Part shown: positions 20,005 to 29,717 of the stretch, piece after piece | Numbering within the stretch: position 1 is the stretch's first letter | Layout of the letters: each line of letters starts with the position of its first letter | DNA from: Candidatus Gottesmanbacteria bacterium | Lineage (GTDB): Bacteria > Patescibacteriota > Microgenomatia > UBA10105 > UBA927 | DNA length: 64,000 nt | Assembly: GCA_963701185.1 (NCBI GenBank) | Contig: OY969569.1 | Location: forward strand, 923,548-987,547 | Direction of reading: 5' to 3' | Translations under genes and position numbers: made by a program | The notes under the pieces: model-generated | The model's database searches: none | Seen by the model: the letters and a program-made list of their open reading frames with translations, nothing else | Told to the model about the DNA's origin: nothing

Positions 20005-21486
20005 TTATACCTTTTCCGTGACGCGATATTCCAATCGTTTTCCCAACATCAGCCTCGTGTGGGCGTCCAGACCCGGGAGTGCTGCCAAAAAGAACGATAC
20101 GATGGGGAGAGTCAGCCACTGGATATACAAGAAGGGAAGATGCCATTTTTTGAACTCAGCAGGTCGAGGTGGTTTCGTGCGCCAATCAATGATGAGAACG
20201 ACCAATAAAAATACCATGGAAAGCGTAAGAATTCCCGATGAGAGTTGTGCGAGGTTGTGCCCCAGAACAGTCCGCCCGAAGGCAGGATTAATGATGGGAG
20301 GAATGGTACTGCCGAGCGTTAAAATAAACCAGTTTGAGGACCAGAACACGTGCTGTTCCAAAAGGAGGAGAAGCCGTCGTATCCGGTCCGACAAGGGAAT
20401 CTCATTATGGATAAATATGTTCCGTATGACGAACGGAATGTCTGAAATGCCCCAGGCCCACCGTTTGGATTGTTCATATTGGTTGACCATCGTGCGCCAG
20501 AATCCGTGGGATTCCGCGGCGTCAACGAGAATCGGAAGAAAGATGCTTTTGGTTAATACCGCTTCGCCGTAGAGGAAATACACTTTAAAGAACAAGTGAT
20601 AGTCTTCCGGTATGACATCCACAGCCCAATATCCGGCTTTTATTGCCGTAGCAAGCGACAAGGAGTACGTAGAAAAATTAATCAGCCGCTGTTTTTGTTT
20701 TAATAAGGCCAGATCGGAAATGCTATAGATAGTGTTTAACACGCGGCCCGGCAGGGGAATCCGCCAGATATTGGAATAAAATAATATGGCTCCCTGATAA
20801 AAGTGTTTTTCCCTTTCAGGATCCGTGAGAAAGGAGTGTGTTAGATAGGAAAAATATTTAGGATGGAGGAGTGCATCCGCATCGCAGGAAGTTACTGTCG
20901 CGCTGGCCGGGGCAATACCCCACTTTTTCATCTCCCGAACGATTCGTCTTCCTGCCCATGCCATATTGCTGGATTTTCCCGCGATTTCGCCTGCATGGAG
21001 GACGTGTCTCGTGACCAGGAAATGTCCGAAGCGATGTTCATATTCAGTCTTGAGAATTTTCCCGTTTACTTTGGAATCCGGATCTTTTTCCTCCGTTGCT
21101 AAAACTATAATGATCCGTTTTTTGGGAAAATCCTGTTTCAATAAATTGTCAAATGTCCGCCGGAGTATATGGAGAGGTTCATGGTATTCGGGAATAATAA
21201 GTACGTGGTAGAGTGTGTCAAAATTCGGGAGTCGGGTAGCTAGCGTGAGCCAGTCGATTTTAACGTGAGCATTTAACGTAACGAATGCTTGGAAGGCATA
21301 GAGTGCAAGGGAAAACGACTTGTAAAACCAATAGACGTCAAATGTGATGATGAGATAGGCAACCAGTGCCGGATGCCAAAATGACAGCCAGAATGGCATA
21401 GTAATAAGTACCCATGAGAGTCCGGGAACAAGAATTTCCAGAAGCCGCTGTATTTTGTTCGGGTAGCGAGTAAATATTTGGCGCAT
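20005..21486 (-). CDS. Membrane-bound glycosyltransferase family 2
   Basis: GT-A region (VLIIPEYHEP ... TSCDADALL) flanked by TM helices. Confidence 0.5.
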   Translation of the reverse strand: MRQIFTRYPNKIQRLLEILVPGLSWVLITMPFWLSFWHPALVAYLIITFDVYWFYKSFSLALYAFQAFVTLNAHVKIDWLTLATRLPNFDTLYHVLIIPEYHEPLHILRRTFDNLLKQDFPKKRIIIVLATEEKDPDSKVNGKILKTEYEHRFGHFLVTRHVLHAGEIAGKSSNMAWAGRRIVREMKKWGIAPASATVTSCDADALLHPKYFSYLTHSFLTDPEREKHFYQGAILFYSNIWRIPLPGRVLNTIYSISDLALLKQKQRLINFSTYSLSLATAIKAGYWAVDVIPEDYHLFFKVYFLYGEAVLTKSIFLPILVDAAESHGFWRTMVNQYEQSKRWAWGISDIPFVIRNIFIHNEIPLSDRIRRLLLLLEQHVFWSSNWFILTLGSTIPPIINPAFGRTVLGHNLAQLSSGILTLSMVFLLVVLIIDWRTKPPRPAEFKKWHLPFLYIQWLTLPIVSFFLAALPGLDAHTRLMLGKRLEYRVTEKV

Positions 21487-21530
21487 AATGGCAATCTAAA
21501 CTGTTATTATATCACGAACCCACGCGGGAT

Positions 21531-22226
21531 TTATCTGATGTCAGGGAAGTCAAATGTGTCTGCCTTGCGTGTCGTGTAATAGAGGGTAAGTCCTTTGATC
21601 ATCCTGGTGATCATAGACCATCCCTCGTTTCCTCGCCGCCCCGAGGATAACACTTTGTTGCCGAAATTGTAGACGACGCGGCCGACAGTTTTTAACCTCC
21701 GGATCATTTCGATATCCTCCGCGGCCTTGAAATCAACAGGGTAGCCGCCGGCTTCGATGCCTTTTTGCCGGATAAATGCCGTATTTTGTCCGGGTGCAAT
21801 CGGGAGACCGACCAACTGCAAAAAGAGCCATAAGTACGGTTGGACGAAGTTACTAAACAGTACGTACGGTGCCCAGCCGAAGTCTACGAGGTATGGTCCA
21901 TAGACAGCGACAACGCCGGGACGGGATAGCGTTTCTTCAATTTTAGTTAGCCAGTCAGGAGGCACGATTGTGTCCGAATCCGTGAATGCGATGATGTCAC
22001 CCGTCGCCGCCTCCAGTCCTTTTTGCCGGGCAAACCCGATGCCGCGGTGGGGGACGGTGATGACCCGGGCGCCGTGTTTTTGGGCGATCGCTTTTGTATG
22101 GTCGGTCGAGCCGCCGTCGATCACAATGATTTCGTCCGGTTTCCGGGTAAGTTTATGGAGTGACGCAAGTGTGCGCGTGATATATTTTTCTTCGTTATAT
22201 GCCGGCATGACGACGGAAATAGTCAT
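21531..22226 (-). CDS. Glycosyltransferase family 2 (polyprenyl-phosphate sugar synthase-like)
   Basis: ISVVMPAYNEEKYI, IIVIDGGSTDHT, AFTDSDT (DXD). Confidence 0.75.
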   Translation of the reverse strand: MTISVVMPAYNEEKYITRTLASLHKLTRKPDEIIVIDGGSTDHTKAIAQKHGARVITVPHRGIGFARQKGLEAATGDIIAFTDSDTIVPPDWLTKIEETLSRPGVVAVYGPYLVDFGWAPYVLFSNFVQPYLWLFLQLVGLPIAPGQNTAFIRQKGIEAGGYPVDFKAAEDIEMIRRLKTVGRVVYNFGNKVLSSGRRGNEGWSMITRMIKGLTLYYTTRKADTFDFPDIR

Positions 22227-22233
22227 AAATATA

Positions 22234-22983
22234 TTATATGCGAAAAAGAGCTTTGGCGTTATCTGTTGTTTGAGTTTCTACGTGATGTATATCGGTATTT
22301 TGGAGCCGCGCTATTTCCGCGGCGATCAGGGGGATGTATTTGGGTTCGTTGCGCTCTCCCCGGTGGGGGACGGGAGTTAAATACGGCGCATCGGTTTCAA
22401 GAAGTATCATGGGTAGCGGAATTTCGGTGATAATTGCCTGAAGTTGTTTGGAGTAGGTGATATTGCCGTCCAGTCCGATGAATAAATTTCTTTCTTTTAT
22501 CAAACGGACTTCCTGAAGTCCTCCTGAAAAACAATGGATGACCCCTTTGACGGGAAAAGCATTGTAGATTGTGAAAAAATCTTCAAATGCATCTCTCACA
22601 TGCATGATGGCCGGCAGGTTGTGTTTGGCGGCAAGTCGCAGTTGTTCTTCAAATAATAATTTTTGGCTTTGTTTTTTGCCTGCCGCGTCCTCGCCTTTGT
22701 ATTGATGGTAATCGAGTCCTATTTCGCCGATGGCAATAGCATGATCCACCGGTAATGTATTCACGTCAGGATTCGTCTGCGCTTCATACGGATGGAAGCC
22801 GACGGCGGCAAATACGATACCCGGATGTTTTTTTTGAAGTGCTACGACTTGTTTGGAGGAAAACGGATCCACGCCCGGGCATATAAACTGTTTTACTCCT
22901 GCCTTTTTTGCATTTCCGATGACCATCGCGCGGTCCGCATCAAATTCTTTGAAATTCAGATGGCAATGGGTATCGATAAACAT
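22234..22983 (-). CDS. tatD: TatD family metal-dependent hydrolase
   Basis: MFIDTHCHLNF and the histidine pattern of TatD. Conserved metG-tatD adjacency. Confidence 0.85.
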   Translation of the reverse strand: MFIDTHCHLNFKEFDADRAMVIGNAKKAGVKQFICPGVDPFSSKQVVALQKKHPGIVFAAVGFHPYEAQTNPDVNTLPVDHAIAIGEIGLDYHQYKGEDAAGKKQSQKLLFEEQLRLAAKHNLPAIMHVRDAFEDFFTIYNAFPVKGVIHCFSGGLQEVRLIKERNLFIGLDGNITYSKQLQAIITEIPLPMILLETDAPYLTPVPHRGERNEPKYIPLIAAEIARLQNTDIHHVETQTTDNAKALFRI

Positions 22984-24389
22984 TATTTTATTCTCGGAAA
23001 TAGCGGCGGTTGGGATTTAATCGCGGGTTCCTTGAATTGCTCAAGAATTTTTTGCGCCGTATCCGGAAGGAAAGGCTGTAACGCAACTGCAATATGTATT
23101 AATTGACTTCTATAGAGTTGAAGTTTCCCCGCATTTTTTGTTTCCCAGGGTTTATCCGTATTAATCTGCACATCAAGTTTTTTAATGTCTTTCCAGATTT
23201 CTTCCAACGCTAAACTGAATTCATACAGATCTAAATATTTTGAATTATTATATTGTTTTTGTGTTTCTTCAGTTTTTATTTGATTTAATTCGCAGAGTTT
23301 TGCAATACGTGCGGTTACATTTCCCAAGCCGTTGGCAAGATCTGCGTTATACAGTTCTTTAAAACGGGATTCGGAAAAGTCGCCGTCGGCGGTTGATGGA
23401 ATTTCGCGCAAAAGATAATAACGAAGGGGATCTGCGCCGTATTTTGTAATTAATACAAACGGGTCGATGACGTTGCCGACGGATTTGCTCATTTTTTGTC
23501 CATTGACGGTAAAATATCCGTGGACAAAGATGGATTTGGGGAGTTTGAGTCCCGCGGAAAGTAAAAACGCCGGCCAGTAGATCGCATGGAAGCGGGTAAT
23601 GCCCTTGCCGATGACATGCACGTCCGCCGGCCACCATTTGTCATATTGTTTTTGGTCCCACCCGAATCCGATACCGCTTTGGTAAATGTTTAAAGCATCA
23701 AACCAAACGTACATGCGCTGGGTGTTGTCTCCCGGCACCGGCACGCCCCAGTTTTTTGCGCGCTCGTTACTCCGTGACACACTAATATCGCGGAGAGGCT
23801 GTTTGAGAAACGAGAGCATCTCATTTTTGCGGAAATCAGGAATGATTTTGACCGTGTCGTCAGAAATAAGTTTAATCAGTTGATCCTGATATTTCGAGAG
23901 CCGAAAAAAATAATTTTCTTCCTTGACCATTTCAAGTTTTTTACCCGGGTGCTCAAAACACTCCCCATTTTGGTCCAGCTCGTCTTTCGTATAGAACTGT
24001 TCGCATCCGACGCAGTAGAGTCCTTCATAGGATTTTTTAAAAATATCTTTTTTGCAGAGTTCCCAGAGTTTCTGGGATGAGACGAAGTGGTGTTCTTTGT
24101 CGCTTCCTTTTTGCCAGACATCAAAGCGGCAGCCCAATGCTTTTGTGAGTTCAAGAAACTTTTCTGTATTGGCATCTATAAATTCGGCTACCGGCACACC
24201 GGCTTTCTGGGCGGCCTGCACGTTTTTGAGGGCATTTTCATCGCCGCCGGAGAGAAGTTTGGTTTCCTCGCTCAAAAGCGCGTGGTAACGGGCGATCACG
24301 TCTCCCTGCACAAACTCCAGGGCATGTCCCACATGGGGCGGAGCGTTGACGTAGGGGATCGCACAGGTGACGTAAAATTTACTGGCCAT
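22983..24389 (-). CDS. metG: Methionyl-tRNA synthetase (core, without C-terminal tRNA-binding extension)
   Basis: AIPYVNAPPHVGH (HIGH-class), KMSKS present. Start MASKFYVT at 24389 preferred (TAGAAT 7 nt upstream on the minus strand). ORF-track start 24446. Confidence 0.85.
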   Translation of the reverse strand: MASKFYVTCAIPYVNAPPHVGHALEFVQGDVIARYHALLSEETKLLSGGDENALKNVQAAQKAGVPVAEFIDANTEKFLELTKALGCRFDVWQKGSDKEHHFVSSQKLWELCKKDIFKKSYEGLYCVGCEQFYTKDELDQNGECFEHPGKKLEMVKEENYFFRLSKYQDQLIKLISDDTVKIIPDFRKNEMLSFLKQPLRDISVSRSNERAKNWGVPVPGDNTQRMYVWFDALNIYQSGIGFGWDQKQYDKWWPADVHVIGKGITRFHAIYWPAFLLSAGLKLPKSIFVHGYFTVNGQKMSKSVGNVIDPFVLITKYGADPLRYYLLREIPSTADGDFSESRFKELYNADLANGLGNVTARIAKLCELNQIKTEETQKQYNNSKYLDLYEFSLALEEIWKDIKKLDVQINTDKPWETKNAGKLQLYRSQLIHIAVALQPFLPDTAQKILEQFKEPAIKSQPPLFPRIK

Positions 24390-24399
24390 ACGGCTCATT

Positions 24400-24786
24400 C
24401 TATCTTTTTTGGAACAGTATCTCAAGGGAAATGAGGCAGGGAACAAGAAGGAGCGGGTACCATAACTCCCGTAACCCCAGAAGCCGGAGTATAAGCCAAA
24501 TAACCACGCCGAGTGTTACCAGCACAGCACGTCGTACAATTTTCAACAAAAAGAAGGAAGAGAAAAACGCCGTTGCCGCGATAATGAGAAAAAAGAGGAC
24601 GAGGAGAAGAATATTTTCCGGCGGAAATGTGTTGACAAACCATCCTAAAACGCTCAAACCGGTAATTCCTAAAATCAGGCACCACATGGCATAAGTATAC
24701 AACTTGTGATATCGTGTTTCTGCATGGAAATCGTTCTCGGGATCATTATTATCGTAATTCTCGGCGCATGGCTTTTTTCGATGCAA
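24400..24786 (-). CDS. Small membrane protein, hypothetical
   Basis: Three predicted TM helices. Its TAG stop lies inside the TAGAAT -10 of metG. Confidence 0.3.
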   Translation of the reverse strand: MHRKKPCAENYDNNDPENDFHAETRYHKLYTYAMWCLILGITGLSVLGWFVNTFPPENILLLVLFFLIIAATAFFSSFFLLKIVRRAVLVTLGVVIWLILRLLGLRELWYPLLLVPCLISLEILFQKR

Positions 24787-25584
24787 AAAACCGTTGCCGG
24801 GTCAACAGGCGACGTATCAAAGCGGCTGGCGGAACTTAACCGGCAAATCGGCGAAATTTCTGAACTTGGGCGGGGCATGCGGTCACTCAATGAATTTCTC
24901 CAGTCGCCGAAACTCCGGGGTAACATCGGCGAGCAGGTGTTGAAAGACATGATCGGGCAGACATTCCCCAAAAATTCGTTTCACCTGCAGTATTCGTTTA
25001 AATCAGGGGTGAAAGTTGATGCGGTTTTAAAAACCGATGCAGGATTACTGTGCATCGACTCCAAGTTTCCGATGGAGAATTTTACCGTCATGCACAGGGG
25101 TCAGACGGAGGCGATCCGGGTGTCTGCCAAACGGGATTTTATTGCCGACGTAAAAAAACACATTATGGATATAAGCCGCAAATATATTTTGCCGGAAGAA
25201 GGAACGATGGATTTTGCCCTCATGTATATTCCCTCCGAATCCGTGTACTACGAGATTGCAACGATTGAGGAACTGATGGATTTTTCCCGACGGAACCGTG
25301 TCTATCCCGTTTCACCCAACACGCTCTACGCACATCTCCAAGTACTGCTCTTGAGTTTCCAGGGGAAAGAACTGGAGCAGAAATCGCGTGAAGTTTTCCG
25401 TTTACTTCGGGCGATCCAAAAAGATTATGAAAAAACAGGCGAACAGCTCGGGGTACTCGGGCGCCACATCGGGAATGCCTACAACACCATGAGCGGCGTC
25501 TCCGGTTCTTTTGATGTGTTAGGCCAAAAACTTTCCAAAACCCAACGCTTTACCGGTCGCGAAGAAAAACAATTGGAGGAATAA
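24706..25584 (+). CDS. rmuC: DNA recombination protein RmuC
   Basis: N-terminal TM, coiled coil, C-terminal LLCIDSKFPMENF ... MYIPSESVYYE. Confidence 0.7.
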   Translation: MISCFCMEIVLGIIIIVILGAWLFSMQKTVAGSTGDVSKRLAELNRQIGEISELGRGMRSLNEFLQSPKLRGNIGEQVLKDMIGQTFPKNSFHLQYSFKSGVKVDAVLKTDAGLLCIDSKFPMENFTVMHRGQTEAIRVSAKRDFIADVKKHIMDISRKYILPEEGTMDFALMYIPSESVYYEIATIEELMDFSRRNRVYPVSPNTLYAHLQVLLLSFQGKELEQKSREVFRLLRAIQKDYEKTGEQLGVLGRHIGNAYNTMSGVSGSFDVLGQKLSKTQRFTGREEKQLEE

Positions 25585-25585
25585 T

Positions 25586-26122
25586 ATGAAAAGAGCAATT
25601 ATTATTCATGCTTGGGAAGAAACACCTAATGGGCAATGGCTGCCATGGTTGAAAGAAAAACTGGAAAGTGTCGGATGGAAAGTTGATGTTCCGGAAATGC
25701 CGAATACAAAGGAACCTAAGTTAAACGAATGGATGGATACATTAGTTTCGCTTTCGCCGGATGAAAATACAGTTTTGATAGGGCATTCACTATCGAATTC
25801 ATTAATAATGAAATATCTGGAAAGACCGGAAGTTAAAGTGAAAAGCGTCATTTTAGTAGCAGCCTGGGACTGGATGTTGGAGAATGTTAGAAAGTTTCAC
25901 CAAACATTTTTTGAACACGGTTTTAACTATCAGGTTATTAAAAGAAAACATATTCCCATAACAATAGTTAATTCAACAACAGATCCTTGGATAGACTTTG
26001 AACGATCTAAGGGATTAGCAAAAAAAATAAACGCAAAGTTTATTGCCGTTGAAAAAGCCGGTCATTTTATGGCTAGAGACGGGTACAAAGAATTTCCTCT
26101 ATTACTAAAACTTATAGAATAA
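25586..26122 (+). CDS. Alpha/beta serine hydrolase of the YdeN/RBBP9 family
   Basis: IIIHAWEETPNGQW ... LIGHSLSN (GxSxS nucleophile elbow). 178 aa. Confidence 0.6.
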   Translation: MKRAIIIHAWEETPNGQWLPWLKEKLESVGWKVDVPEMPNTKEPKLNEWMDTLVSLSPDENTVLIGHSLSNSLIMKYLERPEVKVKSVILVAAWDWMLENVRKFHQTFFEHGFNYQVIKRKHIPITIVNSTTDPWIDFERSKGLAKKINAKFIAVEKAGHFMARDGYKEFPLLLKLIE

Positions 26123-26142
26123 ATAGACTATAATTGCCCCAC

Positions 26143-28893
26143 ATGGCAAAGATTCCCGTTGAAGAGAGGCAGTTAAATCCCGAGCAGAAGGCGGCGGTGA
26201 GGTTTGGAGAGGGGCCGCTTCTTATTATTGCCGGCGCGGGAACCGGAAAAACAACGGTTGTTACGGAACGGATTAAATACCTCATTACTTCCGGCCGTGC
26301 AAAGCCGCCAGAAATACTTGCGCTCACCTTTACGGAAAAAGCCAGCCGCGAAATGGAGACACGCGTAGATATTGCACTCCCCTACGGCGTGACGCAAATG
26401 TGGATTTCCACGTTCCATGCGTTCTGCGACCGCGTGCTGCGGGGGGAGGCAATCAACATCGGTATCGACCCCGGGTACAAGCTCATGACGGAAGCGGAAA
26501 CGATTTTATTTTTCCGGAAAAATATTTTCAAATTTCATTTGAAAGATTTCCGGCCGCTGGGAAACCCGACCAAGTTTATTTCCGGAATGATTCAGCACTT
26601 TAGCAGATTAAAGGATGAAGATGTATCCCACGAAGAATATTTCAAGTTTCAAAAAAATGAATTATCTCTTGCTTTCCGGACGTATGAAGAATTGAAGGTG
26701 AAAGAAGGCGTTGCAGATTACGCGGATCTTATCAGCTGGACGCTGAAATTATTCCGGACGCGGCCGGCAATACTTAAAAAGTATCAACAGCAGTTCAAAT
26801 ACATTCTTATTGACGAATTCCAGGACACGAACTTCGCCCAGAATGCATTAGCTGTTCTTTTGGCAGGGGAAAAGAAAAATATTACGGTTGTGGGAGATGA
26901 TGATCAGGCGATTTACCGCTGGCGGGGGGCTGCCATCTCAAATATTATTCAGTTCCGCAAAACGTTCCCTAAGGCTAAAATTGTCGTTCTGACGAAAAAC
27001 TACCGCTCCGCGAAAGAAATTCTTGACCGCTCCTACGATCTTATTCAGCATAATAACCCCGACCGGCTCGAGGTCGCGCAAAAGTTGGACAAGAAACTGG
27101 AAAGCATGCGCAGGGCCAGCGGTACGCCGATTGATGTGTTGTATGCCGACCGCGTCGAAAATGAAGCGGAGATGGTAGTAAAAAAAATTCAGGAATTAAA
27201 AACAACGAAATGGAGTGATATCGCTATTTTAGTCCGGGCAAATAATCATGCAGAACCGTTTGTCCGGGCGCTGTCGCGTGCGGGCATTCCGTATCAGTTT
27301 TTGGGACCGGGACAGCTCTTCCGTCAGCCGGAGGTGAAGAACCTCATTGCATATCTTAAGGTGCTCTATAACTTTGAAGACAATGTGGCAATGTACAGGG
27401 TGCTTTCGATGGATGTATTCGGAATCCCTCCTCGCGATATTGCAGTTCTCGTCAATCAGGCCCGGAAATACGGCATGTCGCTTTTTGAGGCTTGTGAACA
27501 AAAAAATCTTCCTGTTGTTTCTATGATTCACAAACACTTAGGGATGATGAAAAAAGAAACCGCAGGACAGATCCTGTATTACTTTTTGGCCGACACCGGA
27601 TTATTAAAACAACTGACGATGTATAAAAGTGTCAAAGAAGAAAAAGCAGCGGAAAATATTTCTAAGTTTTTTAATAAACTGAAAACGTATGAAACGGAAC
27701 ATGAAGACGCAAGCGTATTCACCGTCGTGGATTGGATAGATCTGTCCATGACACTCGGGGAATCGCCGCTCTCAGCTGACATGGATTGGAGTGAAAATAA
27801 CGCCGTCAATATTCTGACCGTCCACTCCGCCAAAGGCTTGGAATTTCCGGTCGTATTTCTTGTGAATCTGGTGAGTGCCCGATTTCCCACAAACGAGAGG
27901 AAGGAACAAATTCCTATTCCCGATGCGCTGGTCAAAGAAATACTCCCTGTCGGTGATTATCACGAGGAAGAGGAACGGAGGCTTTTTTACGTCGGCATGA
28001 CCCGGGCGCGGGATTTTCTCTTTTTTACCGGCGCGAAGTTTTATGGAGAAGGGAAAAGAGAGAAGAAATTATCTCCGTTTATTGAAGAGGCTATTGGAAA
28101 ACAACCCTCCTTCGTTGAAACTTCGGAGGGCAAGCAATTATCGTTTTTAGATTGGGAAAAAACCGAAAAATCAGAAGAGCCGCGTATACGACAAAAAATA
28201 AATTATCTTTCGTATTCTCAGCTTTCTACGTTCATGACATGTCCCCTGCAGTACCGGTACCGGTATATTCTTCGTATTCCGGTTCCGCCTTCGGCTGCGC
28301 TGTCTTTCGGAGAAACGATCCACAAAGTGATGTATGAGTTTTATATGCGCAAACACCGGACAAAACAGGATTTACTTCGTTTACTGGATACGCATTGGTC
28401 GCGCGTGGGATACGGGGACAAAAAATACGAGGAGAAAATGAAGCGTCACGGCAGGGAACTTCTTGAGGGATATTTTGACAAAGGATATGATTCTAAAGTT
28501 ATTCCGACCGGTTTGGAGGAGCCGTTTAAACTGAAAATTACTCCGACCTTAACGCTCGGCGGAAAAATTGACAGGATTGATACGTTACCTGACGGAACGG
28601 TGGAAATTATTGATTATAAAACCGGGACGGCGCCAAAGGCGCGGAACCCGAAGAAAGATTTACAGTTGACGGTTTATGCCATGGCCGGCGGATCTAAAAA
28701 GGTCATCGTTTCATTCTATTTTTTTGAAGATCAGGCGAAAGTATCCGCTACCCGTACGAAGGAACAGTTGGCGGAAGCTAAAGATGAGATTGCCAAACGT
28801 GCTGATGAAATTTCACGGAGCGACTTCCGTCCAACCCCGGGAAAATACTGCGATTTTTGCGAGTTCCGGTTAATTTGTGAAGCGTGGACTTAA
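26143..28893 (+). CDS. UvrD/PcrA-type helicase fused to a C-terminal Cas4/AddB-like PD-(D/E)xK nuclease domain with a 4-Cys cluster
   Basis: IIAGAGTGKTT Walker A and UvrD motifs through residue ~620. C-terminal YSQLSTFMTCPLQYRY ... IIDYKTG ... CDFCEFRLIC. ATG 26143 preferred (TATAAT 26129-26134); ORF-track TTG at 26134. Confidence 0.8.
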   Translation: MAKIPVEERQLNPEQKAAVRFGEGPLLIIAGAGTGKTTVVTERIKYLITSGRAKPPEILALTFTEKASREMETRVDIALPYGVTQMWISTFHAFCDRVLRGEAINIGIDPGYKLMTEAETILFFRKNIFKFHLKDFRPLGNPTKFISGMIQHFSRLKDEDVSHEEYFKFQKNELSLAFRTYEELKVKEGVADYADLISWTLKLFRTRPAILKKYQQQFKYILIDEFQDTNFAQNALAVLLAGEKKNITVVGDDDQAIYRWRGAAISNIIQFRKTFPKAKIVVLTKNYRSAKEILDRSYDLIQHNNPDRLEVAQKLDKKLESMRRASGTPIDVLYADRVENEAEMVVKKIQELKTTKWSDIAILVRANNHAEPFVRALSRAGIPYQFLGPGQLFRQPEVKNLIAYLKVLYNFEDNVAMYRVLSMDVFGIPPRDIAVLVNQARKYGMSLFEACEQKNLPVVSMIHKHLGMMKKETAGQILYYFLADTGLLKQLTMYKSVKEEKAAENISKFFNKLKTYETEHEDASVFTVVDWIDLSMTLGESPLSADMDWSENNAVNILTVHSAKGLEFPVVFLVNLVSARFPTNERKEQIPIPDALVKEILPVGDYHEEEERRLFYVGMTRARDFLFFTGAKFYGEGKREKKLSPFIEEAIGKQPSFVETSEGKQLSFLDWEKTEKSEEPRIRQKINYLSYSQLSTFMTCPLQYRYRYILRIPVPPSAALSFGETIHKVMYEFYMRKHRTKQDLLRLLDTHWSRVGYGDKKYEEKMKRHGRELLEGYFDKGYDSKVIPTGLEEPFKLKITPTLTLGGKIDRIDTLPDGTVEIIDYKTGTAPKARNPKKDLQLTVYAMAGGSKKVIVSFYFFEDQAKVSATRTKEQLAEAKDEIAKRADEISRSDFRPTPGKYCDFCEFRLICEAWT

Positions 28894-29717
28894 TACAGCG
28901 GATAATAAAACGGCTTTCCTCCGAAACCTTCTTTGAATTTCGTAAACCCCAGCCAATCATGGTGTTCCGTGGGTTTTCGTTCATCCCATACGCCGACAAA
29001 ATCAAATTGTTTCATGCTGCGGCCTTTAGCCACTTTGAGCGCTTCCCACACAAGAAGTGTCGGAGTAAAGAGTTTTTTCCCGTGTTTGGTAGCACCTGCA
29101 ATCCAGTAATATGCGGTCTTTTCCCAGAAAACAAGCAAAATCCCGCCGATGCATTTGTGTGATGCGGAATATGCCAATAGTACCGTCGCGTGGTCCGGAG
29201 CCATAATGGACCAGAAGTGAGTCATCCCGAACGTCGTGATAAATCCAAACGGCCCGCTTGATTTATTTTTGATTTTAATGAGGTTCTGTATGTCGCCGGA
29301 TTCTTCAACCGTGACGCCGTTTTTGATTGCCTTTCGTACGGCCCGGCGTTTCGCGTCCGTAAACCGCGAAAAGATTTTATCTTCCGAGCGAGTCACGTCA
29401 ATAAGAAGTGTTTTGGTTGGTTGGTAGGACGAACGGACTACTTTGCAGTGTTTGGAAACCCTCGCACCCCACTGTTTATAGGATAGGATATCCTGTTTCG
29501 GGTGCGGTTCAATCGCTACGGTTTTAACGCGATATGTATGAATAATGTCCGTTATGTCGGGCAAGGTCTTTGGCCGTTGGATTTTAAGCAGTCCTCCCGC
29601 GATAGGAATATGTTTGAAAAACATCCGTATGTTGTCAACAGTGATAATATCCCATCCGAGAATCTTTATGTATTTTGCATAGAGGGAGGATTGTTGTAAT
29701 TCCATTATCGTTTCCAC
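28890..29717 (-). CDS. FemAB-family aminoacyltransferase (peptidoglycan cross-bridge), paralog 1
   Basis: C-terminal FemAB-like pattern (GILLVFWEKTAYYWIAGAT ... LGFTKFKEGFGG). Confidence 0.5.
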   Translation of the reverse strand: METIMELQQSSLYAKYIKILGWDIITVDNIRMFFKHIPIAGGLLKIQRPKTLPDITDIIHTYRVKTVAIEPHPKQDILSYKQWGARVSKHCKVVRSSYQPTKTLLIDVTRSEDKIFSRFTDAKRRAVRKAIKNGVTVEESGDIQNLIKIKNKSSGPFGFITTFGMTHFWSIMAPDHATVLLAYSASHKCIGGILLVFWEKTAYYWIAGATKHGKKLFTPTLLVWEALKVAKGRSMKQFDFVGVWDERKPTEHHDWLGFTKFKEGFGGKPFYYPLY

